The position numbers and the translations under genes were made by a program. Shown in pieces: positions 52,276 to 61,903 of a stretch of DNA of 64,000 nucleotides (its first letter is position 1; every line of letters begins with the position of its first letter). Below the pieces are notes generated by a model. The model saw nothing but the letters and a program-made list of their open reading frames with translations. It ran no database searches and was not told the origin of the DNA. This stretch comes from Acidobacteriota bacterium (GTDB taxonomy: Bacteria; Acidobacteriota; UBA6911; JACQSX01), in assembly GCA_016211105.1 (NCBI GenBank), contig JACQSX010000029.1, positions 5,210-69,209 on the forward strand, written 5' to 3'.

Positions 52276-53766
52276 CTAGATCACTCGCCTGCTGCGCGCG
52301 GGAAGTTGGGGTTTGAATACTTCGGTGACGGGTTCGTACACTCCATCCTTCGCCATGGGCACATACTCAAAGCCACGGCCGATGGGATCGTCGTAGCGCA
52401 CCGTCGTGTAGTCGATCCCCAAGGCGCTGTAAATGGTGGCAAAGATGTCTTCATTACGGATATCTCGATTGGAATGCCACCCAAAGTCGATGACACGATT
52501 GCCGGTCCTGTCAGTTTGACCAATGACCTGTCCACCCGCAGTCCCGCCCCCGGCAAAAAGAGAAAACTGACGCAGGAAATGATCGCGTCCACCTTGCCCA
52601 TTGTAACCAGGAGTACGTCCAAACTCTCCTTGCACTACAATCAACGTATCGTCAAAGAGGGTTTTCCCAGGTGTCTCCGGCGACGGCTTGCTTTGGAGGT
52701 CCTTGATTAAATTCGCTAAACCATAGTCTAAGGAGGGAGCAAGAGTCAGCAGGCTGTTATTGCCGGCGTAAATGTTGCTGTGCATGTCCCATCCACCCAG
52801 TGTAATGGTGATGAATCGTGTCCCCTTATTTGCAGCCAGAAGATTTCTGGCGACAATGCATGCGCCTCCGAACACCGACTGGCCGGCACGCTGGTTTCCG
52901 AGCGGTGGAGGAGAGTAACGTGTTGTTTCCTCCGTTGAGTACTGAAATGCCTGCTTGACTTCTTGGCTGCCCATCAATGTCAACGCCGACTTGTAAAATT
53001 CGCCCATGTCGTCGACGCTCTTGCCAAGGGGAGAGTCGATGCGCAGCGGTGAATCCAGATCCCGAATCAACCCCCATCGGCTGTCAAACCGTGACGGTCC
53101 GTCTGGATGGGCTAGCCCAGCCAAGCCAGTGGGCGCGGGGGAAACCTGAAACGGCGCGTACTTTGAGGAGATGTACCCGGATCCTACCAGATTGATGGAA
53201 TTGAGAGCAACAAAACCGGGCAGCACGTCGCTTGCTTTCCGGCGCGACTCCATTTCCAAGGCCACTACGGCACCGATGTTGGGACTGACGTTGCCCAAAG
53301 CCCCCGTGGGGCTCCGTCCGATCTGAGCCCAAGTCTGCGCTAACTCGTGCGCCAGCGCCTTGCTGAGCACGGAGCGCACGACTACGATCTCCCCCAAAAG
53401 ATCGGACAGGTTGGGTAATAAAGTCCGTGATATTTTGATGCCGCCGTAGGTCTCAGGCATCAAGTTCAATGGCTGACCGTTGACCGCAGGGGGACGCATC
53501 ACGTCGGCGTCCTCTTTGTAATCAAATGTATCGACGTGACTAGGAGCGCCGGCAAGAAACACAAAGACACAATTTTTCGCGGTTCCCACGGTTGGTACCT
53601 TGGCCTGCGCCAGAACATCGATGGGCCGTAATACGCGCGCAAAGTAATAGCCGCTCACGCCGGTTCCCGCAATCCGGAAAAACTGCCGCCGGCTAAAACC
53701 TGGACCCGATATAAAAGAAAACATTCGGCTGTGTTCCCCATTACACTGGCAACTGCGTTTGCTCAT
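52276..53766 (-). CDS. DUF1501-family Tat-exported protein
   Basis: SRRQFF Tat motif, LAGAPSHVDTFD, GGWDMH, GEFGRTP and GRDH; start MSKRSC follows GGAG. Confidence 0.9.
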   Translation of the reverse strand: MSKRSCQCNGEHSRMFSFISGPGFSRRQFFRIAGTGVSGYYFARVLRPIDVLAQAKVPTVGTAKNCVFVFLAGAPSHVDTFDYKEDADVMRPPAVNGQPLNLMPETYGGIKISRTLLPNLSDLLGEIVVVRSVLSKALAHELAQTWAQIGRSPTGALGNVSPNIGAVVALEMESRRKASDVLPGFVALNSINLVGSGYISSKYAPFQVSPAPTGLAGLAHPDGPSRFDSRWGLIRDLDSPLRIDSPLGKSVDDMGEFYKSALTLMGSQEVKQAFQYSTEETTRYSPPPLGNQRAGQSVFGGACIVARNLLAANKGTRFITITLGGWDMHSNIYAGNNSLLTLAPSLDYGLANLIKDLQSKPSPETPGKTLFDDTLIVVQGEFGRTPGYNGQGGRDHFLRQFSLFAGGGTAGGQVIGQTDRTGNRVIDFGWHSNRDIRNEDIFATIYSALGIDYTTVRYDDPIGRGFEYVPMAKDGVYEPVTEVFKPQLPARSRRVI

Positions 53767-53815
53767 TCCCTGCTCCATAAAGAAATCAAGAAAATCAGGA
53801 GTCGCATGCGAATTT

Positions 53816-55738
53816 TCAGTAATTGAAGATAAAATCCACTTTGTTAATGAACGCAAACTGCAGGTCTTCCAACTTAGAAGCCGAAACTGGATCACCCAGA
53901 TATAGGATCGACTTGTCCAGCTCCTCCAGACTGGGAAGGCGAGAGAGGGTCGCCAGATACAAGCGCGTCACCCTCTCCGCGGGAGTGAGATCCTTGTTCG
54001 CCCACAGCTTGCCCACCGTGCTATTAACGTTTGAAACCTTTATGCGCGTGGTGACAAAACTGTTATTCAACAGCGCCAACGCCTGCAAGATCGAACCCTC
54101 GCTGGATCTCGACCGATCGTCGCGATTGCCCCGCAGAAACGCATCCAAAAAAGTGCGCATCTGCAAGTTCCCCAACGGCTCTATCGTATCTGGCAATTGC
54201 ATTGCCCAATTAACCGGTTTGCTGTAAGCGCTCCCGCGAGGTTGATAGCTCGCCGGGACATTGGTCGCCTGCGTGATAACATCGGCAATCTCTTCGGCCT
54301 TCAACCGGCGCGGGAATTTGCGCGCAAAATAGGGAATATGCGCATCCGACCACGCCCCCGGGTAGCTACATGAAAGCTGGTAGGTCGCCGACTTCATGAT
54401 CGTGCCAATCAGGTACTTCAGATCGTAATTGTGTTGCTCGAAGTCTATGGCCAGCGCCTCCAGTAACTCAGGCTGATTCGCCTGCAGCAACCACCCTTCC
54501 GGTATCTTCGCCTCAATGCTGATGCGGTCCAGGTCAAAATTATCCGCCGGCTCGACGATACCCAGCCCAAACAACTCCTTCCAAACATAGTTCACAGTAG
54601 CGCGCGCAAATTGATGATCGGAGGTCAGCATGCGCGCCAGCGCAGAGCGGTAAGTCTCTGCCGGGTTGGGTCCGTAGGCATCAAAGGGACTACCATCGGG
54701 CAAATACTTCGGCATGACCACTTCGTTTGGGGCGGTTCCGTTTCGAGCGGTCTTGTTCCCTGAGGTAGTATTCAAGATATAACCGCCCGTTCTGTTGTCG
54801 GCGATCATAAAGCCAAGGATCCGGTTGTTGTCCTTCGGATCGCGGTAAGGATTCATTGCCGTCCGCGAAAAGAAGGCAGCCATCGCCCAAAAGTCATAGC
54901 GGGTCCTTTTCGTCAGATACAGGTTGAGCGCGTTGGTGTGTCCGGCCCCGTCGTGACAAGAAATACAGTTGAGACTCAACCCCAAAAATTGGCCCGCGGC
55001 TGCGGCCAGATTGTCGTACGTGTCTTGGATCGGACCATTCGGCTGCCGCCAACGGGCGACGAAATTTGCTGGCCCCTCCTCGGTAGTATTGCCTGTGCCG
55101 GTGATCAACTCGGTTACAAATTGATCATAAGGCTTGTTTTGGCCGATGGAAGCCCGAACGAAGTTGTAATAAGCATTGCGTGCCTCGGGATCCAGGTTGA
55201 TCTGCGTGGAGTTCAAGACTAATTGGAGCTGGTCTCCGATGAAATTGGACCAACGGTCGGCGTATTCGGGAGTGTCAAGCAAGGAATCAATCATCGCCTC
55301 ACGTCTGTCGGCTGCCGGATCATTCAGAAAATTGAGAACCACATCCGGAGAAGGAATTCGGCCGGTAGTATCCAAATAAACACGCCGCACAAATTCAGAG
55401 TCGGTGGTGAGATCGGCGAAAGCGACGCCGTCGCGTGCCATTGCGCCAAAAATGTGCGCATCGATGAAATTTTTCTGGACAGGCGCAAAGAATGACCGCC
55501 TCTGCGGCACTGCGGAAGAGGCTTCCTTTAACTTGGCTGCAATGAAGTTAAGTTCCTTCGTCGGATTGGAAACATAGAGGTGTTCATGTCCTGGAAAAAA
55601 AGTGCAATCCGCCACGCCAGGGCTTACTCCCTCCCGCTTCGTAGTCGGCACTCCGGCGCGCAACAATGCATCGACCGATATCCACCCAAGGGTCGCCCCT
55701 GCGATGGCAACGAACACGATTTTCAATCTTGCCGACAT
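53816..55738 (-). CDS. DUF1549/DUF1553 (PSCyt2/PSD1) protein with a CxxCH heme motif
   Basis: NFIDAHI, FVRRVYLDTTGRIP, NKPYDQFVTELI, CISCHD, PELLEALA, RRLKAE and QALALLN motifs. Confidence 0.92.
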   Translation of the reverse strand: MSARLKIVFVAIAGATLGWISVDALLRAGVPTTKREGVSPGVADCTFFPGHEHLYVSNPTKELNFIAAKLKEASSAVPQRRSFFAPVQKNFIDAHIFGAMARDGVAFADLTTDSEFVRRVYLDTTGRIPSPDVVLNFLNDPAADRREAMIDSLLDTPEYADRWSNFIGDQLQLVLNSTQINLDPEARNAYYNFVRASIGQNKPYDQFVTELITGTGNTTEEGPANFVARWRQPNGPIQDTYDNLAAAAGQFLGLSLNCISCHDGAGHTNALNLYLTKRTRYDFWAMAAFFSRTAMNPYRDPKDNNRILGFMIADNRTGGYILNTTSGNKTARNGTAPNEVVMPKYLPDGSPFDAYGPNPAETYRSALARMLTSDHQFARATVNYVWKELFGLGIVEPADNFDLDRISIEAKIPEGWLLQANQPELLEALAIDFEQHNYDLKYLIGTIMKSATYQLSCSYPGAWSDAHIPYFARKFPRRLKAEEIADVITQATNVPASYQPRGSAYSKPVNWAMQLPDTIEPLGNLQMRTFLDAFLRGNRDDRSRSSEGSILQALALLNNSFVTTRIKVSNVNSTVGKLWANKDLTPAERVTRLYLATLSRLPSLEELDKSILYLGDPVSASKLEDLQFAFINKVDFIFNY

Positions 55739-55962
55739 GGCCAGCCCTCCACAATCTTCAGCAAGCTTTTCGTTTAGACAGACGAACTCACAATCTGGTT
55801 TACCGTTCGATTATATTCCCAACTGGCCGAGCTCCGAGGTGAGATCTCGCGCTTCGGCCTGTGGCAATTCCAGCCGAGGGTAGATTCGCCTTGGCGGCTC
55901 AACAGCTTCGCCCGGTTCCCGCCGCCGCCCGACGAAGAAAAGAAAAGTATGGATCAAGCCGT

Positions 55963-56256
55963 CTAATCTTTGCTGCCAGTCCTCGACGCGAGAAAGCGAA
56001 ACGGGGAGCAGGCAAAAAGCCGGATTGCCACAGCCTGATTCCCACGCCACAGCCCCTGGGCCGTCAATTGCTCAAGCGCATAGGTTGCGCATGTGGGTTG
56101 GAACCGACAACGAACCAAAGGGGACTTGGAAAGCATCGGAGAGATCGCAATTTGATAAAAGTGGATCCCTGCAATCTCAGCCGCCAAGATCCAACCCGAT
56201 TGCAACGCCAAGCCCAAAACGAGAACCGCGAATGCAAACTTAAAACTTGTCCGCAT
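55963..56256 (-). CDS. YidD-like membrane protein insertion efficiency factor
   Basis: YQIAISP...CRFQPTCATYA...G..RG...RLFACSP pattern, with an extra N-terminal TM segment. Confidence 0.8.
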   Translation of the reverse strand: MRTSFKFAFAVLVLGLALQSGWILAAEIAGIHFYQIAISPMLSKSPLVRCRFQPTCATYALEQLTAQGLWRGNQAVAIRLFACSPFRFLASRTGSKD

Positions 56257-56614
56257 ACTGGGAGATGCCCGGGATGATCAGGCGCTCACCCTTCAAGCCC
56301 TTGACGATTGCCAGAACGTGGATAATTAGAAATAGAATCCACAGGAGAGGCGCCATGCCGCAGCCAGCGATGATCCCCAGAAATGGCAATGCAGCTAAAA
56401 CCGATAGCGCGATCCAGACGATTAATTCAGCGGCGGTCAATACCAGGCCATGCCTGGAGTGCCAGCGTACTTCTGTATCGGTCTTTTCCAACACGAATGG
56501 AATGAGAGCCAGCAGCCATAGGTAACTAAGGACGATCATCACCGTGCGGTTCGAGTCACCGGGCGACGGGGTGGTCGGCGAAGACGGAGGAGGGGTGGAG
56601 TTTGGAGTGCTCAT
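56240..56614 (-). CDS. DUF4870-like small membrane protein
   Basis: LSYL..LALIP..LEK...VRWHS.HGL motif, three TM segments, C-terminal IPGI. Confidence 0.85.
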   Translation of the reverse strand: MSTPNSTPPPSSPTTPSPGDSNRTVMIVLSYLWLLALIPFVLEKTDTEVRWHSRHGLVLTAAELIVWIALSVLAALPFLGIIAGCGMAPLLWILFLIIHVLAIVKGLKGERLIIPGISQYADKF

Positions 56615-56754
56615 GGTGCTCCTTTAGCTAAATGGTTAATTGCAGTTCAATGAATCAGGTAACCCTCGCCCTATTGTAAGAATACTCGACCCTAAAAACA
56701 AACAAATGGGAATCAAATCACCGTCTCAGAGAGTCAAACCATGCGAATTCTTGA

Positions 56755-58209
56755 TTAGCCTAAATTCTTCTTCAGCAGCTCGTTGAGAATCTGGGGATTG
56801 GCTTGTCCTTTCGTCTGTTTCATTACTTCTCCCACAAAGAAACCGAGCAACTTGGTCCTTCCCCCTTGGTATTCGGCCACCTGTTTCTGATTGTTGGCAA
56901 TGACCGACTGGACAATTTGCTCAAGCGCTGTCCGATCGCTGATCTGTCTTACACCCAGCCGCTGAGCGGCAACCGCCGGTGCTTCGCCGCTGGTCCAGAT
57001 CTCCTCGAAGATCTGTTTCGCAATCTTGCCGCTTATTTCTCCCGAATCAATCAGCGCCACCATTTCTGCAAGGTGTCCCGGTCTGACGCGCACCGCAGAC
57101 AACGGAATGGCATCACGCTTCCAGAAGGCCAGGAAATCTCCGGTCAACCAACGAGCGATCGCCACCGGATTGCGGTTTTCGCGGGCGGCGGTCTCATAGT
57201 AATCGGCCAATTCACGCGACGCGCAAATCAGCAGAGCATCCGCATCACTAATCCCGAAAGTCGCGCAAAGCCGCTCCCGTTTGGCTTCAGGTAATTCCAC
57301 AATCGTTGCTCTGATCTCCTCCGACCAGGCTCCACTCACTTCCAGCGGTGGGAGATCCGGCTCGGGAAAATAACGATAGTCGTGCGCTTCCTCCTTTGTG
57401 CGCATGACAAATGTCTGTTCGCGCTCCGGGTCCCACAATCGAGTCTCCTGGAACACAGTCCGGCCTGCCCGCAGATCCTCGATCTGTCTCTGAATTTCAT
57501 AATCCAACGCCTTTTGCAAGAATCGAAAGGAGTTCAAATTTTTGATTTCCGTTTTAGTGCCGAATTTTTCAGAACCTTTGGGCCGTACGGAAACATTCGC
57601 GTCACACCGCAGGCTTCCCTCCTCCATGTTTCCGTCGTTGACCTCGAGATATATCAACAGACGGCGTAGGCTGAAGAGAAAATCATAGGCCTCCTGCGAT
57701 GAGCGGAAATCGGGTTGAGAAACTATTTCAATCAAAGGAACTCCGCTGCGGTTGAGATTCACATACGTGTCCTCTCCGGTATCGTGGATGGATTTCCCGG
57801 CGTCTTCCTCCAGATGAAGGCGGATGATGCCGAATTTTTTCTTTCGGTAATTGACGATATTCCCGGCTTTAGATCTCTCACCGCTGAGCAGCTCTACCTC
57901 GCCATCTTCGGCCAAAGGGAGGTCATACTGTGAAATTTGATAGCCTTTGGGAAGATCAGGATAAAAATAGTTCTTGCGCGCAAACACCGAAACTCGATTG
58001 ATCCGGCAATTCAACGCCAAGGCTACTTTGACGGCCATGCTGACCGCCTCGCGATTCAATGCCGGGAGCACTCCAGGTAATCCCAAACAGACCGGACACG
58101 TGCGAGCGTTCGGCTCCCCGCCAAATTCAGTACTGCAGCCGCAGAAAATCTTCGACCGAGTCAGTAATTGCGCGTGCACTTCTAAGCCAATGATCGGTTC
58201 AAACTCCAT
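56755..58209 (-). CDS. gatB: Asp/Glu-tRNA amidotransferase subunit B
   Basis: IGLEVHAQL, RKNYFYPDLPKGYQISQ, HLEEDAGK and DYRYFPEPDL motifs. Confidence 0.99.
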   Translation of the reverse strand: MEFEPIIGLEVHAQLLTRSKIFCGCSTEFGGEPNARTCPVCLGLPGVLPALNREAVSMAVKVALALNCRINRVSVFARKNYFYPDLPKGYQISQYDLPLAEDGEVELLSGERSKAGNIVNYRKKKFGIIRLHLEEDAGKSIHDTGEDTYVNLNRSGVPLIEIVSQPDFRSSQEAYDFLFSLRRLLIYLEVNDGNMEEGSLRCDANVSVRPKGSEKFGTKTEIKNLNSFRFLQKALDYEIQRQIEDLRAGRTVFQETRLWDPEREQTFVMRTKEEAHDYRYFPEPDLPPLEVSGAWSEEIRATIVELPEAKRERLCATFGISDADALLICASRELADYYETAARENRNPVAIARWLTGDFLAFWKRDAIPLSAVRVRPGHLAEMVALIDSGEISGKIAKQIFEEIWTSGEAPAVAAQRLGVRQISDRTALEQIVQSVIANNQKQVAEYQGGRTKLLGFFVGEVMKQTKGQANPQILNELLKKNLG

Positions 58210-58302
58210 GTTGGTTCACTGTTGATGAGGTTCTTCCAATACAAACCATTCCGTGCGCGCCAGGACACCTACCGATTGTGGAATACGAGGACAAACAAAT
58301 TT

Positions 58303-58337
58303 CGCAATCCACAATCTGCATCCCGCAATCGGCAATC
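58303..58337. repeat. Degenerate heptamer tandem repeat
   Basis: CGCAATC CACAATC TGCATCC CGCAATC GGCAATC. Confidence 0.75.
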
Positions 58338-58342
58338 AACGG

Positions 58343-59296
58343 CTAACATGCTTCATTCATCTCCCTATGGATCTTCGCCACTGCCTCCCTGAGGACTTCC
58401 GGGTCCTCCCCAAAACCATGCAGCCAATAGATTCCCGGTTCCTTTCGAAACCAAGTGTACTGGCGCTTCGCATAACGCTGGGTCGTCCTCCGAACTTGCT
58501 CCAGCACATTGTCAAGCGTAAGCGTTCCTCTGATATGGCCAATCACCTCGCGATAACCGATGGCATCGAATGCCTTCCAGTCGGGGTTTGCCCCTGCTTG
58601 CAGCAACCGTGACACTTCTTCGACCCAACCGTGGCGCAACATCTCTTCAACACGGCGGTTGATTCTATCATAAAGGACTTTGCGGTCTGGGCTGAGCCCA
58701 AGACCAATCCAACGGAATTGCCGCAGCCAGGAATCGAGGCCCAGCTTGAATTCCGAAAACGGAATCCCGGTAGCGAAATAAACCTCAAGCGCTCTCACCA
58801 GTCGCACACGATCCGCTGGCATGAGCCGGCTGGCGCTGGCCGCGTCCACCCGCTGCAGCATGCGGAACAGAAAACGGTCCCCTTGTCTTATCACGATGGC
58901 ACGAAGTCGTTCCCGTAATTCAGGGATACGTCGGGGGGCATTCGAGAGGCCAAAAAGCACGGCACGATAGTAGAATCCAGTCCCCCCCACCAGCACTGCA
59001 GGAACGCCTCTTCTGACAATTGATTCGATGGCCTCGCGTCCCTGCCGTTGCATATCCCCTGCTGAATACACTTCCGGTAACTCCAGGATCCCGACCAGAT
59101 GATGCTTGATCCGCGCCAGATCGGCCGCCGAAGGCTTTCCCGTGCCCACATGGATGTCGCGATAAAGCTGTAACGAGTCGCAATTAACAATCTCGCCACC
59201 GAAGCGCTCTGCGACCGCAATCGCAAGGGCTGACTTGCCGGACGCGGTGGGACCGACGATAGAAATTACCAGTGGTTTTCCAGGTCTGACGGTCAT
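58343..59296 (-). CDS. miaA: tRNA dimethylallyltransferase
   Basis: GPTASGKS, DSLQLYR, VGGTGFY and YAKRQYTWF motifs. Confidence 0.98.
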   Translation of the reverse strand: MTVRPGKPLVISIVGPTASGKSALAIAVAERFGGEIVNCDSLQLYRDIHVGTGKPSAADLARIKHHLVGILELPEVYSAGDMQRQGREAIESIVRRGVPAVLVGGTGFYYRAVLFGLSNAPRRIPELRERLRAIVIRQGDRFLFRMLQRVDAASASRLMPADRVRLVRALEVYFATGIPFSEFKLGLDSWLRQFRWIGLGLSPDRKVLYDRINRRVEEMLRHGWVEEVSRLLQAGANPDWKAFDAIGYREVIGHIRGTLTLDNVLEQVRRTTQRYAKRQYTWFRKEPGIYWLHGFGEDPEVLREAVAKIHREMNEAC

Positions 59297-59509
59297 TGAG
59301 CCTGACTGGTTTGCGCCCGCGTTATTGGAATCTGGAATGCGGCAGGTAAACAGCGCGTTTCATTTCGTGGACCGGTTCACTGTTTGCGTTCCGTTGTTTC
59401 TCAGCCGTGGTGTGGCGGCTGGTTGGCACTCAAGATACGCTGCAGTCAAGCGCGGGTGATAACCAACCTCTTTTTGCACTCCGTACTACCGATCTGCGTT
59501 CCAGACCGC

Positions 59510-61903
59510 CTACTCCGTTCCCATTGGTTTGACTTCAATGCCCGTATAATAGCTCTTTAAAATCTCGACGAAACCCTTCCCCTGAAGCGCCAAACCTACC
59601 GATCCCATCTGGCACAGTCCTACACCGTGGCCCCACCCGCGCCCACGGAAGACAAACTGTTCCACGCCGTCTTGGTTGACGGATCGCTCCAGAGTGAAAA
59701 GCGTGTCTCTCAAGCCGAGTGCAGTCTTTAGTCGAGCGCCGGACAGGACAATCTGGCCGCGGTTGGAAACCACTCGAAGCTTGAGCACCCGCCCGGAAAC
59801 ACCGTACGTCAGCGGTATAAGGTCGAGAATTTGCCCCACAGGCACCAGCGAACTAATACGACGTGACAAGTCCATCTGCGAGATCCTATACTCCCAATAG
59901 GCGTATGGCGCCACAGAACTATTTCCCGAAGCATTCTCTTCCACGATCAGCAATTTTAAGGCGCCCCGCTCGTCAAAATAGCGAACCCGCTCTCCCCCCT
60001 TGACGCGTAGACTGTGTTCCGGAACCAGTCTTTCATTCTCGCGACGATAAAGAACAAGAGACGGAGCCAGCGCGTAAAGGATGCGCTTGCTCCCATCACT
60101 GATCTCTAAGGATCCATCTTGCGCGCGCTCGATCCGTCCCTGCTTCAAGAACTGATCGTGAAACGCGTCCAACAGTCTTCCCAGGGCTTCCAATACGTAA
60201 CCCTTGCGCAAAGGTAAAGCAGGTATCAGACGCTTGCCTTGTGGTTCCAAAATCTTGCGCTCCAACAGCCAGGCCACATGAGGCCGGACCTCCAGGTCAA
60301 TCAAATCCAGATCGTCAAAGTCTTTCAGCCCCACGGACGCGTCACGGGGTGTGTAGCGAACCTCGGCTTCCCTTTCCCCATGGGCTTTGCTCAGCCAGAG
60401 CAGGAAATGCTCAAAGCTCACATCGGACAACGGCGCAACCGGCCGGCGGGAAAGGGAAGCCACGCGGCGTGTCCATGTCCGCATCTCTGCAACGGTAGTG
60501 CTTTGAGAATAAAATTGTGCTTCTTGGGGCAACAGGTCGACCCCGGCGACGTGCACCAGGCCCAGATAAAACTCCAGGCCTTCTTCGGCGGGAATGGTTA
60601 GTCCCCTCCCCTTCTCCAGCATCTTCTCACCGACGCAGACGATGCCGCGCAAGTAGGGAACGTCTTTGGAAGAGAAGACATTGGAGGAATCTTCCGTATG
60701 CCCGCCGCAGGCAGAAGAATAGACCGCTTCAATCGGCTCATCATTGTAAGTGGCAATCAGCCCTTCGGTTCCCTGCACCGCATAATTGCTCAACTCCCTT
60801 TCGCTGTCCATGCCGCCGTACACCTGAGAGCGCAACGTGGCAAAGAGGTCAAACCCATCAGAGGCGTATTGGCCGCGATTACGGATTGCGTAAGTGCGCG
60901 CCGCCACTGCCTGCGCTTTCAGCGCTTCCATTTGCGGGAACAGATAGGGACTCAGTTCGTTCGGCACTACCCCTTTTACGTAGTCCTCCAATTCGACCAC
61001 ATTCACCAAAGTCAGAGTACGGCGGTCATTCACGAGGATTTCGAACCACCCTCGGTAGCTGTGATTGTTGTAACGCAGAAAATGACCAGTGTCGGGTCGC
61101 AATTCAAATCGCGTCGCGTCCCACGTTTCATCCCCCACACGCAGCGTGGCTAGACTCGGCAGTCCAGAGGTCTCCATTGCCACAAATGCATCCGGCGTTG
61201 CGCGGCGCCTGATCTGCTCGGCTCGACTGCGCGCAGAATAGGGCCCCAGGCGGACCTGATGGCGCTGCAATCTCCCGTTCCAACGTATCTTGCCCTCGAA
61301 GCCGCGCTTCTGAAATTCACGGAGGAGTTTCACTGCTTCTATTTCCTCGCTCGGGGCGCCAATCTGGACCCAAAAACGGCGGGTCGACGTAACTGAAATC
61401 GGCGCCAGCACCTGAACTTCTCCCGCTCCCTTTCTTATCAACTCTCCCTCAGACAGCAATTGCGTACCTTCGGGAACTCGAACCGTAATTGCCGACTGAT
61501 CGACCTCCAAACCGACTCTCACAAGGATCCGCGACGATCGGGAAATCCTTCCCTCCTCCGGACGGCGTGGTGTCCTCGTCGCTTCTCCAGATGGAGGAAT
61601 TTCCTCCGCGGGAGTTGAAATGGGAGCTTCTCTTTTTGCAGAAGTTGTAGGAACAGGGCGTTGGATTCTTGGCTTTTTGCCGCAGGCCCCCGCGGCCAGA
61701 GCCAAAATCAGAAAAACGAGTAGGAATGTGGAAGGTCGGAACAAGAAATGAAACACGCGGAAGATTTGACGACCCTTCGAAAGTGCGGCGAGGCAACACG
61801 CGCAGAAGCACATTGGGAAGGACCTGGCCACGGGGACACTGGGACTGAGGGAGACGCGCCGCCTCGCCTCAACTTCCCCGACCCATAACCTCCGCTTCGG
61901 CAT
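59510..61903 (-). CDS. SPOR + SpoIID/LytB-domain protein, probable lipoprotein
   Basis: Lipobox-like LAAGAC, SPOR (WVQIGA...VRLGPY), LEDYVKGVVPNE, EALKAQAVAARTY and GWGHGVGLCQ; start uncertain. Confidence 0.9.
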   Translation of the reverse strand: MPKRRLWVGEVEARRRVSLSPSVPVARSFPMCFCACCLAALSKGRQIFRVFHFLFRPSTFLLVFLILALAAGACGKKPRIQRPVPTTSAKREAPISTPAEEIPPSGEATRTPRRPEEGRISRSSRILVRVGLEVDQSAITVRVPEGTQLLSEGELIRKGAGEVQVLAPISVTSTRRFWVQIGAPSEEIEAVKLLREFQKRGFEGKIRWNGRLQRHQVRLGPYSARSRAEQIRRRATPDAFVAMETSGLPSLATLRVGDETWDATRFELRPDTGHFLRYNNHSYRGWFEILVNDRRTLTLVNVVELEDYVKGVVPNELSPYLFPQMEALKAQAVAARTYAIRNRGQYASDGFDLFATLRSQVYGGMDSERELSNYAVQGTEGLIATYNDEPIEAVYSSACGGHTEDSSNVFSSKDVPYLRGIVCVGEKMLEKGRGLTIPAEEGLEFYLGLVHVAGVDLLPQEAQFYSQSTTVAEMRTWTRRVASLSRRPVAPLSDVSFEHFLLWLSKAHGEREAEVRYTPRDASVGLKDFDDLDLIDLEVRPHVAWLLERKILEPQGKRLIPALPLRKGYVLEALGRLLDAFHDQFLKQGRIERAQDGSLEISDGSKRILYALAPSLVLYRRENERLVPEHSLRVKGGERVRYFDERGALKLLIVEENASGNSSVAPYAYWEYRISQMDLSRRISSLVPVGQILDLIPLTYGVSGRVLKLRVVSNRGQIVLSGARLKTALGLRDTLFTLERSVNQDGVEQFVFRGRGWGHGVGLCQMGSVGLALQGKGFVEILKSYYTGIEVKPMGTE

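Noticed and set aside
59421-59468. CIRCE operator or ncRNA upstream of miaA (TTGGCACTC; GGTTGG...CCAACC)
   Set aside because: Only one CIRCE half-site is present, and no recognisable RNA family features.
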